From a bacterium (GTDB lineage Bacteria > Babelota > Babeliae > Babelales > UBA12409), in the NCBI GenBank assembly GCA_018660415.1, contig JABJKG010000013.1, forward strand, positions 1,874 through 65,873: a stretch of 64,000 bases of DNA. Direction: 5' to 3'. Both the position numbers and the translations under genes were made by a program. Positions within the stretch are counted from its first letter, which is position 1. Every line of letters starts with the position of its first letter. Under the pieces are notes generated by a model that ran no database searches, was not told where the DNA came from, and worked only from the letters and a program-made list of their open reading frames with translations. Shown here one piece after another: positions 36,655 through 45,644 of the stretch.

Positions 36655-38511
36655 TTATTCTACCTCTTGTTCAATAATAGTAGGTGTAACAAAAATAAAT
36701 CTTTCAGTCGTTTCATTGTAATCAAAATCACTCTTGAATAAAACTTTTCCTATGATTGGCAGCTTACTGAGGTACGGAATATCGTTCGAAGCTGAGTTAT
36801 TTCTATTTCCTGAAAGTCCACCAATAATTGTCGTCTGACCACTCTTTAAAATAACGTTGTTTTTTGCCTTTATAACGGATATTGTTGGCGGGTTGGTCAT
36901 AATACCTTGATCATTGGCGCGCGTGTCACCGGAGGTGACCTGAGAGTCTTCTAGGAAGACATCTAGCGTTACACTCTTACCATCTGAACTTGCTGTCGGC
37001 TTAACCTCTAGAACAATACCAGTATCTTTAAAGTTAATAGTAGTAATGTTTCGTGTGTTAGCAGTAGTAACATCTTCAATTGCAGTTTGAAGTGGAATAC
37101 TTTGTCCAATTAACAACTTAGCAGTTTCATTATTACTGGTCAGAACCGATGGTCGTGAAATAATTTTAAGCTTACTGTGTGTTTCCGCGGCATTGAGTAC
37201 CAAGTTTAAGCGCCGTAAGTTTAAGTCGGGACCACCAAAAACAAATGGTATTTTTATAAAGTCAGCAATTCTACGAATATCAGCCTTATCACTTAATAGT
37301 GAGTTAAGTGATGAGAAAAGATTAACTGAAAAATTGTCTGGATTAACGAGTAGGTTAGAATTATTATCTACCGTACTACTGGTCGGTGTTGGATAGTCTG
37401 TGGATGTAGCACCAAAGCCCCAGAACCCGGTTCCGCTTCTGCTCTCCATTGTTTGCTGTCGGTTATAAATACCAGACCAATCAATACCAAATGCAAAATC
37501 GAAAGATTTTTGTGCTAATACTAAAATCACATCAATACGAATTTGGATAATTGGTTTATCTATCTCAAACAAGAACTTGTAAAGCTCCTGCACTTCTACA
37601 GGATGCCCCCGAACAAGAACCTTCTTTTCTTCATCGTCAATATATAAATACTTGTTGGGGTCTTTTTTGGAACCATCATCGCCACTCACGCTCCTCCAAG
37701 CATTTTTAACTTTCTTAACAAATTTATCGGTAACCCGCGCATGCTTAATAGGCAACGCCTTGTGTACAAGCTTCCCAGCATTTTCTTCACGCAATATTTG
37801 TTGAGCTTCTGAATACAGCATAATGCGCCAAACATCTGCACCCTTTTTGATTACAGCAAGCTTGGGTTTATGGCTATCTGTTATAAGTCGTAACAGCTCT
37901 CCAGGAGTCTTGTTTTTGATTTGCAGTGCTCCAACATTACCCGTTACATCTTGATCAATAAGGAAGCTAATTCCAGAAAGTTTTGCAATGGTTTCAAGCG
38001 CTTTTTTTATACCCATGGGTGGGGTATTAAGACTAATTTTTTTTGCATTGAGTGCTGGATCCTCAAAAACCATATTCAGGTCTTGTTCCAATAAAGAAGT
38101 CGAACTCAAGTCAGAAGAACTGGAAGCATTCATGCCCTGCTGGACTGGTGCTCTTCGAGGTGAACTTTTTGGAACATCCTCTCCGGCCATTCCTTTTTTT
38201 GAAGCCTCTAAAAGCCGACCCTTTTTCAGTCTATCTATGACCTCATCTGCCATATCATCAGTCTTTTTTTTAATGTCTACATCTTGAAGATGACTACGCA
38301 CTAAGTATGGTGAAACATCTACTGGCTTTGGAACAAAAGGGTTATCTCCTGTTGAGGTAAACCCATGAGGGCCAAATTGTTGATCGTGCCCTTGTTCCTG
38401 ACTTCGAGAGTCAGCTGACATAGATGAAAAACCTTGCTCACTTAAGTTGGTAACTCCCATAGCTCCGGTAGCACCTATAAAAAATACTAAAAAAAATCTC
38501 TTCATTACCAT
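36655..38511 (-). CDS. Secretin (PilQ/GspD family)
   Basis: Signal peptide, then a low-complexity N-region. N0-like domain: KKALETIAKLSGISFLIDQDVTGNV. C-terminal secretin domain: ISRPSVLTSNNETAKLLIGQSIPL...FVTPTII. Confidence 0.85.
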   Translation of the reverse strand: MVMKRFFLVFFIGATGAMGVTNLSEQGFSSMSADSRSQEQGHDQQFGPHGFTSTGDNPFVPKPVDVSPYLVRSHLQDVDIKKKTDDMADEVIDRLKKGRLLEASKKGMAGEDVPKSSPRRAPVQQGMNASSSSDLSSTSLLEQDLNMVFEDPALNAKKISLNTPPMGIKKALETIAKLSGISFLIDQDVTGNVGALQIKNKTPGELLRLITDSHKPKLAVIKKGADVWRIMLYSEAQQILREENAGKLVHKALPIKHARVTDKFVKKVKNAWRSVSGDDGSKKDPNKYLYIDDEEKKVLVRGHPVEVQELYKFLFEIDKPIIQIRIDVILVLAQKSFDFAFGIDWSGIYNRQQTMESRSGTGFWGFGATSTDYPTPTSSTVDNNSNLLVNPDNFSVNLFSSLNSLLSDKADIRRIADFIKIPFVFGGPDLNLRRLNLVLNAAETHSKLKIISRPSVLTSNNETAKLLIGQSIPLQTAIEDVTTANTRNITTINFKDTGIVLEVKPTASSDGKSVTLDVFLEDSQVTSGDTRANDQGIMTNPPTISVIKAKNNVILKSGQTTIIGGLSGNRNNSASNDIPYLSKLPIIGKVLFKSDFDYNETTERFIFVTPTIIEQEVE

Positions 38512-38533
38512 CTATTTTTCCATTTTTTGTATT

Positions 38534-38905
38534 TTATGATTCTTTATCTTTCATTATCTTTTGCTTATCACCATCTTGGTGTTGTAGTTCCACATAGTCC
38601 GGAGTTATATTCACAACTTTCCAAACTCCATCAAACTCGTGATCCACGTTAACAATTTGTAGCTCCTTTTTCCACTCAATGAACGCAAACTCTTCACCAT
38701 CACATTCCGCATTTCCCATGTACTTGCAATAGTTTGCTACTATCGCTCGAGGCGGAGCAAAAGGATCTCTTCTTTTTTTCTTTTTTATATTCCCTGGTGT
38801 TGGTTTGTTTTTCTGTGTCTTGACAGCTCCAACGTCCGCACCTTTGCTGTTTATTTCAACAACAAAAAGGGTTAACAACAAAGCGACTAACTGCTTACTG
38901 TTCAT
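38534..38905 (-). CDS. PilP-like lipoprotein/periplasmic pilotin-type protein
   Basis: Signal peptide is present. RRDPFAPP motif followed by a small beta-rich domain. Sits directly upstream of the secretin. Confidence 0.5.
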   Translation of the reverse strand: MNSKQLVALLLTLFVVEINSKGADVGAVKTQKNKPTPGNIKKKKRRDPFAPPRAIVANYCKYMGNAECDGEEFAFIEWKKELQIVNVDHEFDGVWKVVNITPDYVELQHQDGDKQKIMKDKES

Positions 38906-38914
38906 AAAAACTAC

Positions 38915-39469
38915 CTACTCATCAAACGTATAAGCTTGTACAACACATTCCAGCATCAAAATATCATTTTTCTTCTGAATTACCAATTGTGGAACTTTAT
39001 TAAAAAACTTATAGTTTTTTATTTTTTCAAGCAAATCAATACAGTCAAAAAAACTACCCGCAGTTACAAACTTTAAGGGCTGTTTTTTGTACCATTTTTT
39101 CATTTTAACTTTTTGTGGAGAGCAATACGTAAGGAGCAAATCAGAAGAGCTTACATCTTTTAGAACATTTTTAAATAAATTATTAATAGAGCCGAACTTA
39201 TTTAAGGCGAGTTTGGAACCAATATCATTAGATAAAGAATCACAACCGTGACGCAACTTATCAACATCATTATGCAATACATAAAACTGTTGTTGCTGCT
39301 TTTTTAAGCTTTGCAACATTGCGACAGCACGCTGCTCTTGTAACAGTAAAGGAGAATAATAAAAGGAGTACCATGCTACAACAGCACCCGTGAGAATGAT
39401 CAAGGTAACTATGTACCTCGTCCATAATGACATATAAGATACATCATTGGGCATTCTTACCATTTCCAC
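38915..39469 (-). CDS. PilO/PilN-like bitopic membrane protein
   Basis: Single N-terminal transmembrane helix, a coiled-coil segment (QEQRAVAMLQSLKKQQQQF) and a small C-terminal domain. The call rests on gene position and topology only. Confidence 0.4.
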   Translation of the reverse strand: MEMVRMPNDVSYMSLWTRYIVTLIILTGAVVAWYSFYYSPLLLQEQRAVAMLQSLKKQQQQFYVLHNDVDKLRHGCDSLSNDIGSKLALNKFGSINNLFKNVLKDVSSSDLLLTYCSPQKVKMKKWYKKQPLKFVTAGSFFDCIDLLEKIKNYKFFNKVPQLVIQKKNDILMLECVVQAYTFDE

Positions 39470-39510
39470 TCTTCCTTTTTAATGGTAATCCCGATCTTTT
39501 TCCTTTTTAA

Positions 39511-40740
39511 TCAAAAATCAGTCTTTGTCCACTGCATAGGGTCTATAGGTACGTTCTTAAGTCGTTGTTCCCAATGTAAATGTGCACCACTAGCATATCC
39601 TGTCTTGCCCATAACACCAACTGGATTTCCTCGTTTAACTTTATCACCAACTGAGATATCCGCAAATGAATCTAGATGACACAGCAATGAAAGCACTCCA
39701 AGGCCATGATCAATTACAATAGTGTTACCGGTATGAACATACCGCTCTTTAACAACAATAACACCATCGTGAGGCGCCCAAACCACACAATGTAGTGGTC
39801 CGATCACATCGAGAGCACGATGGGCATATCGCCCTTTTTCCTGGGTTATTCTAACAGTACCAAAATCACAAGTCACACGTGACAGCTCTAAAGGAACAAA
39901 AAACGGTCCCTTCCAAAGTTTTTTACTTGGAGAGCTACTAGTACACTCTTCTAGGTGCCTATCCAACTGAGTAGTTGGTAACCCAACTTCCCTTTCTTTT
40001 TCCATTTTATCCGCGCTGACCGTTAAGGTTTGTCTCTTAAATGGATAACCCATAACCTGGAACTTGTCTTCTAAAATCAATGTATTTCCGACCTTATCAA
40101 CAACCTCAATACGAACAGGATGCTCGCTCGGTGACTCCTCATAAGGAACAGGAACAAAACTCTCATAAACAGTAGAATGCTCAGACTCTTGATAGCACGG
40201 ATGAATTCCCGATAATGTTTTTACATTAGCATGGTCAATTTCTTTATTGGCTTGGAACTGCAAGTGTAATGTCCGACCCTGAAAAATTTTATCATCAGCA
40301 CCAGAGCGAACCATGGCTGCCTGGAGCGGCGTATTATCAATTTCAAAGTTGCATTCATAAACCGCAACATTGCCATTATAACTCTTATCACACGCCTCTA
40401 ATTTAAGGGCGTGACGTCCATTGGCAATCGCCTTGGTGGGAATAGGCAGCATGTTTTCTTGCCCTTTACTCACCCTAAACTTAGAAATAACAGGCTTTTT
40501 GTCTAACCAAACAGAAACATCGCTTGGCTTACTTACACCAACCAAACAACGAAGATCGCCAGCATAGCAGGCCCCTTCTTCTAATCCATTGATAGACAAC
40601 GCTGGCAACGTTCTATCAAAGAAATAGTTAAACATACTCCAGGAAAACCACCCTAAAACAATAACCCCAACAACAATTAATACTCTACGTAACGTAACCA
40701 TGCACTCTACTCCAATACCCTTTTTAGCCACTTTTTTCAA
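39511..40740 (-). CDS. M23 (LytM-domain) peptidase, membrane-anchored
   Basis: N-terminal transmembrane helix. C-terminal HRALDV...IDHGLGVLSLLCHL...GYASGAHLHWE is the M23 H-x3-D / H-x-H pattern. Confidence 0.8.
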   Translation of the reverse strand: MKKVAKKGIGVECMVTLRRVLIVVGVIVLGWFSWSMFNYFFDRTLPALSINGLEEGACYAGDLRCLVGVSKPSDVSVWLDKKPVISKFRVSKGQENMLPIPTKAIANGRHALKLEACDKSYNGNVAVYECNFEIDNTPLQAAMVRSGADDKIFQGRTLHLQFQANKEIDHANVKTLSGIHPCYQESEHSTVYESFVPVPYEESPSEHPVRIEVVDKVGNTLILEDKFQVMGYPFKRQTLTVSADKMEKEREVGLPTTQLDRHLEECTSSSPSKKLWKGPFFVPLELSRVTCDFGTVRITQEKGRYAHRALDVIGPLHCVVWAPHDGVIVVKERYVHTGNTIVIDHGLGVLSLLCHLDSFADISVGDKVKRGNPVGVMGKTGYASGAHLHWEQRLKNVPIDPMQWTKTDF

Positions 40741-40852
40741 TGATAATGCTCATTTTCAATATACTTTAGTTTCAGCTTAAGGTAAAACTAAAGACTGTTT
40801 AGATTACAAATACTCAATTTTGTTGTATAATGAAAAAAAAAAGATTCTACCT

Positions 40853-42109
40853 ATGATGATTAAAGATAAGATCAAGTCACTCCCTGATTACTCAGGGATT
40901 TACATTTTCAAGGATGTATATCAAACGATTATATACATTGGCAAGGCAAAATCGCTTAAAACGCGAGTTAAGTCTTATTTCCAAAAAACAATGGATTTTA
41001 AGACGCAGATCCTTTCTGAAGAGATTTATGATGTTGATTATATTCCAACTCAAAATGAAGATGAGGCATTGCTTCTGGAAGCACAGCTGATTAAAAAACA
41101 TCAGCCGAAGTTCAATATTTTACTTAAGGACGGACAACCCTTTATATACCTCGTAATTACTCAAGGTTCGATACCGGAATTTAAAATAGTTCGAAGTAAA
41201 AAGCTTAAGGGCACCTATTTTGGGCCGTTCATTTATAAAACTCAAGCACGACGGGTTCATACTTTTTTAACACAAACGTTTAACACCCGGTTGTGCAACA
41301 AAAAAATTGATAATGGATGCCTGCAATACCATATTGGAATCTGTGCTGGGAACTGCATGAAAAGTTTTGACACACAAGAACACTCACTTAGAGTTGAATT
41401 GGTAAAAAAAATACTGCAACGAAAATACAAAGAGTTTGAACAAGAGGTGCACGCTCAAATTGAACAATACAATAAAGGCATGCTGTTTGAAAAATCTAAA
41501 AAACTTAATGAATATTTAGACAACCTTGAATACATTGTGTCTGTTATCAAGCTTCATTTTTCTACGAAAAAATTTGAACCACAGATCTCCCTTGCTGAAA
41601 AAAAGGCAACACAGCGCTTAATGCCCAAACCCGAAATAGCTGCTGAACTCAAGCAGGAATTTGGCCTTAAGCATAAGGCGCACATTATAGACTGCTTTGA
41701 TATCTCTCATTTCCAAAGCCATTATATCGTAGGATCATGCGTCAGGTTTGTTGATGGCGTACCCGCAAAAAACTATTTCCGTCGCTTTAAGATCAAAACC
41801 CTAGACCAACAAAATGATTACGCTGCGCTTGCTGAGATAGTGCAACGCCGGTATAAGCTCAAAGATTTTCCCGACCTTATCGTCATTGATGGCGGCAAAG
41901 GACAACTTAATGCTATAAAAACATTGTTTAAGAACGTTGAATGTATTAGCTTAGCAAAAAGAGAGGAAAGAATTTTTTGTGATACTTATCCACAGGGAAA
42001 GGTGTTAGATATTCATACAGAGACAGGCAAGCTGTTGATCGCACTGCGTGATTACGCACACCACTTTGCCATTTCGTATCACAGAAAAAGGAGATCTAAA
42101 GGAAATTAA
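40853..42109 (+). CDS. uvrC: UvrC-like excinuclease lacking the C-terminal (HhH)2 domain
   Basis: GIY-YIG N-terminus (GIYIFKD..IIYIGKAKSLKTRVKSYF). UVR-like helix pair. RNase-H-like domain (IDCFDISH ... DYAHHFAISYHRKRR). The protein ends after about 418 aa. TATAAT at 40826-40831 argues against the TTG start at 40820. Confidence 0.8.
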   Translation: MMIKDKIKSLPDYSGIYIFKDVYQTIIYIGKAKSLKTRVKSYFQKTMDFKTQILSEEIYDVDYIPTQNEDEALLLEAQLIKKHQPKFNILLKDGQPFIYLVITQGSIPEFKIVRSKKLKGTYFGPFIYKTQARRVHTFLTQTFNTRLCNKKIDNGCLQYHIGICAGNCMKSFDTQEHSLRVELVKKILQRKYKEFEQEVHAQIEQYNKGMLFEKSKKLNEYLDNLEYIVSVIKLHFSTKKFEPQISLAEKKATQRLMPKPEIAAELKQEFGLKHKAHIIDCFDISHFQSHYIVGSCVRFVDGVPAKNYFRRFKIKTLDQQNDYAALAEIVQRRYKLKDFPDLIVIDGGKGQLNAIKTLFKNVECISLAKREERIFCDTYPQGKVLDIHTETGKLLIALRDYAHHFAISYHRKRRSKGN

Positions 42110-42127
42110 AAAAAGAGGTAGTAGTAC

Positions 42128-44692
42128 ATGAACAAGGAACAATTTACCGATTCCAGCCAAGAACTCATAAATAATAGTGTTCAAATAGCCACCGAGCTAA
42201 GCAACCCATCACTGATCCCCCTTCACACCCTTGCTGCCGGCCTAGAAAATGAGTTTTGCCGTTCTTTTTTTTCAGTATTAAGCCTCCCTGTTGATCAGCT
42301 AGAACAATTGATACAATTGGAACTACAAAAACTTCCCACCGCTCAAGGCAGCCGCCTTGTCATGGATTATGCCATGCAGGATTTCTTGGAAAGCTGTAAA
42401 AAAAGCGCCGAGCAAATGGGCGATAGCTTTATTAGCCTGGAACAATTTCTATTACAATGGGCACTAACCCCACACCTTCCAAACGAAATCCAACAGTTCT
42501 TTACTGATCACAAATTCTCTAAGGAAAAAGTACTTGAACATATGTTCTCTCTTCGTAAAGGTAAAAAAGTAACCGACAAAAAAGCAGAAAAAGAATACGA
42601 AGTTCTTAAAAAGTACGCTCAAAATGTCACAGAGCAAGCCAAGCTGGGAAAGCTCGATCCAGTTATAGGCCGACATGAAGAAATTAGACGAGTCATACAA
42701 ATTTTATCCCGGCGAACCAAGAATAATCCTGTTCTTATTGGAGACCCCGGTGTCGGTAAAACCGCAGTCGTTGAAGGAATAGCACAACGCATTGTTTCTA
42801 ACGATGTCCCAGAAAGCCTCAAAAACAAACAGTTGTGGTCTCTAGATCTAGGACTATTAATTGCTGGAGCCAAGTTCCAGGGGGAGTTTGAAGAACGTCT
42901 CAAGGGGGTTTTAAAAGCTATTGAAGAGTCTCAAGGACAAATAATACTCTTTATTGATGAATTACACATGCTGATTGGTGCAGGACAGAGCGGGTCAGGG
43001 GGCATGGATGCATCCAACCTGCTCAAGCCAGCCCTTGCTCGCGGTGAACTACACTGCATTGGTGCAACAACGCCCCAGGAATATAAAAAATATATTGAAA
43101 AAGATGCTGCCCTTGAGCGTCGATTCCAAAAAGTTATTGTGGAAGAACCCACAGTCGAAGATACCATATCAATTCTTCGTGGACTCAAAGAACGATATGA
43201 GATGCATCATGGAATCAGAATTCAAGATCAAGCGCTAGTAAAAGCCGCAAAGTTAGCTGCTAAACATATTTCTGATCGCTTCTTGCCAGACAAAGCAATC
43301 GATTTAGTCGATGAAGCTGCGTCCATGATCAAAATGGCAATAGACTCTAAACCAGAAAACCTAGACAAGCTTGAGCGCAATATCAGCCAGTTGGAAATTG
43401 AAAAAGTTGCCCTGAGTAAAGAAAAAGATGCCACCTCAAAAAAACGACTCAAGGATTTAGAAAAAGAACTTTCAGAACTCAAAGAAAAACACCAAAAACT
43501 TCTTACAAGCTGGAAGGCCGAAAAAGCACCCCTCGAAAAAATAAAGAAAATCAAAGAAAGCATTGAACAAGCAACCTATGAATATCACCAGGCCGAGCAA
43601 CAAGGTGACTATGCTGCCGCGTCTGAAATCAAGTATGGCAAGCTGGCCGATCTTGAAAAAAAACTTGAAGCAGAACAAAAAAGCCTCGCTAAGCACAACG
43701 GCCAACTTATCAAGGAAGAGGTTGATGAAAGTGATATTGCTGCCGTGCTCGCTCGCTGGACCAAGATTCCAGTAGAAAAACTTCAAGAAAGCGAGACAGA
43801 AAAGCTCCTCCAAATGAATAAAATTTTAGAGAAACGCGTCATAGGCCAAAATGAAGCAATAGAAAAAATCACCCACACCATCCAAATGCATCGTACTGGC
43901 ATGACCGACCCGAATCGCCCAATAGGATCCTTTCTCTTTCTAGGGCCAACAGGCGTGGGGAAGACTGAGGTGGCAAAGACACTGGCTGACTTCCTCTTTA
44001 ATGATCCTAATCGGATGGTTCGTATCGATATGTCAGAATATATGGAAAAACATGCGGTCGCCCGCCTTATCGGCGCCCCTCCAGGATATGTAGGCTATGA
44101 AGAAGGTGGACAACTCACCGAGCAGGTTCGAAGGCACCCTTATAGCGTTATCCTTTTTGATGAAATTGAAAAAGCACACCCTGATGTCTTCAATCTCTTC
44201 CTTCAAATCCTTGATGACGGAAGACTCACTGATGGTCAGGGACGCGTAGTTTCTTTCAAAAACACTATTATTATCATGACCTCGAACATTGGATCTCAAA
44301 TCCTGCTGGATGCCAAAAAAATAACCGAACAGGTTCGAAACGAAATTGATAAAATCCTCCACAAGACCTTTAGACCAGAGTTTCTTAACCGAATCGACAA
44401 CATTGTCTTCTTCCACCGACTCTCAGAGAAAAACATTGAAGAAATTGCTAAAATACACATCAAAGAACTTGAAAAAAGACTCGCTCAACATAATGGTATT
44501 GAATTGAAGGTGTCTCCAGGTGTCTACAAAGAGGTAGCAGAACTAGGATATAGTAGCGAGTTTGGAGCACGGCCACTTAAGCGAGCAGTACAAGAACATA
44601 TCATAGTCCCTCTGTCACAATTTGTACTCCAACACCCGACGGCTAAAAAAATCCATATCGAGTGGAAAGACAAGAAAGTCGTTATTAAATAG
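42128..44692 (+). CDS. clpB: ATP-dependent chaperone ClpB
   Basis: Two AAA+ modules ([18 protein letters not shown]), a long middle coiled-coil domain, 854 aa. Confidence 0.95.
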   Translation: MNKEQFTDSSQELINNSVQIATELSNPSLIPLHTLAAGLENEFCRSFFSVLSLPVDQLEQLIQLELQKLPTAQGSRLVMDYAMQDFLESCKKSAEQMGDSFISLEQFLLQWALTPHLPNEIQQFFTDHKFSKEKVLEHMFSLRKGKKVTDKKAEKEYEVLKKYAQNVTEQAKLGKLDPVIGRHEEIRRVIQILSRRTKNNPVLIGDPGVGKTAVVEGIAQRIVSNDVPESLKNKQLWSLDLGLLIAGAKFQGEFEERLKGVLKAIEESQGQIILFIDELHMLIGAGQSGSGGMDASNLLKPALARGELHCIGATTPQEYKKYIEKDAALERRFQKVIVEEPTVEDTISILRGLKERYEMHHGIRIQDQALVKAAKLAAKHISDRFLPDKAIDLVDEAASMIKMAIDSKPENLDKLERNISQLEIEKVALSKEKDATSKKRLKDLEKELSELKEKHQKLLTSWKAEKAPLEKIKKIKESIEQATYEYHQAEQQGDYAAASEIKYGKLADLEKKLEAEQKSLAKHNGQLIKEEVDESDIAAVLARWTKIPVEKLQESETEKLLQMNKILEKRVIGQNEAIEKITHTIQMHRTGMTDPNRPIGSFLFLGPTGVGKTEVAKTLADFLFNDPNRMVRIDMSEYMEKHAVARLIGAPPGYVGYEEGGQLTEQVRRHPYSVILFDEIEKAHPDVFNLFLQILDDGRLTDGQGRVVSFKNTIIIMTSNIGSQILLDAKKITEQVRNEIDKILHKTFRPEFLNRIDNIVFFHRLSEKNIEEIAKIHIKELEKRLAQHNGIELKVSPGVYKEVAELGYSSEFGARPLKRAVQEHIIVPLSQFVLQHPTAKKIHIEWKDKKVVIK

Positions 44693-44818
44693 GGCCTGGT
44701 GTTCAGCATTACAATATCACGGTAATTATCAAATAGCTCTATGATGAAAGTTGGGACAAGCTTAAAGCACTTATCTATACTTATATTAAAATACACTTTT
44801 AACAAATAAAGGGTTTTC

Positions 44819-45205
44819 ATGCTTTTTTACCAACGGACAATTTGTTTCTCATTGCTTATTTGTAGCCTATCAATCTTAAACCTAAAAGCTGTGTGGGAAC
44901 TGCCAGCTACTACACCTATGCATGAAGCTGCAAAAACAGAAGAAGGCTGCAAGGGAGTTCTCCGCGAACTACTAGAAAACGGACACAGCGTAAACGCTAT
45001 TGATAGTTCATACCTAACCCCACTACACTGGGCTGTTAAAAAAAACAATAGGCCTGCAGCTTGGGCCTTGATTAGGTACGGAGCCAAGGTAAACGCCACT
45101 GATGATACCGGCAAAACCCCATTCGATTATTGTGGTAAATATGATATAGAAGTTGAAAAACTTTTAATTGAGTATGGCGCTAAGAAAAGCGCCGACATGG
45201 ACTAG
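44819..45205 (+). CDS. Secreted ankyrin-repeat protein
   Basis: Signal peptide is present. Ankyrin repeats: TPLHWAVKKNNRPAAWALIRYGAKVNATDDTGKTPFDY. Confidence 0.75.
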   Translation: MLFYQRTICFSLLICSLSILNLKAVWELPATTPMHEAAKTEEGCKGVLRELLENGHSVNAIDSSYLTPLHWAVKKNNRPAAWALIRYGAKVNATDDTGKTPFDYCGKYDIEVEKLLIEYGAKKSADMD

Positions 45206-45264
45206 CTTAAAATTTTATTCACACTACTGTGTAGTAAAAAATATTTAACAATCTTGGAGGTTTC

Positions 45265-45513
45265 ATGCTTTCATACCATAAAGTCATTTTTTTCTCATTG
45301 CTTATTGGCAATCTATCCGCCTTAAATCTAAGCGCTACAGCCGAAAAACATCCGCTAGTAAAAGGTGATCAAATGGCAATTTTCCAGGGTTTAAAGCGTG
45401 GGTGCTCAGTTAACGCTCTCGACGGTTTAGGGAAAACCCCAGATGACTATTGCACCGAAACAACCCTAAAAAACTGGTTATTAGAAACCATCACGAGCCA
45501 ACAACAGCAATAA
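45265..45513 (+). CDS. Shortened paralog of the upstream ankyrin gene
   Basis: Homologous signal peptide (MLSYHKVIFFSLLIGNLSALNLSA) and one repeat remnant (GCSVNALDGLGKTPDDYC). Confidence 0.5.
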   Translation: MLSYHKVIFFSLLIGNLSALNLSATAEKHPLVKGDQMAIFQGLKRGCSVNALDGLGKTPDDYCTETTLKNWLLETITSQQQQ

Positions 45514-45644
45514 AGCTGCCACCTAACACACCCTTAGAATAATGCTTGCAAGGTAAACAAAAAGACCTTATTTGCGCATACAACAAGAAAAACCTAAGCA
45601 AGCACTTCCAATTAAACCTTTATTTCTGATACTCTTAAAAGAAA

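Noticed and set aside
42464-44416. Series of 70-127-aa ORFs on both strands inside clpB. The same pattern occurs inside rho, polA, the ABC-F gene, the M16 peptidase gene and the secretin gene.
   Set aside because: They are nested in or antisense to strongly supported long genes. They have low-complexity translations and no independent signals.
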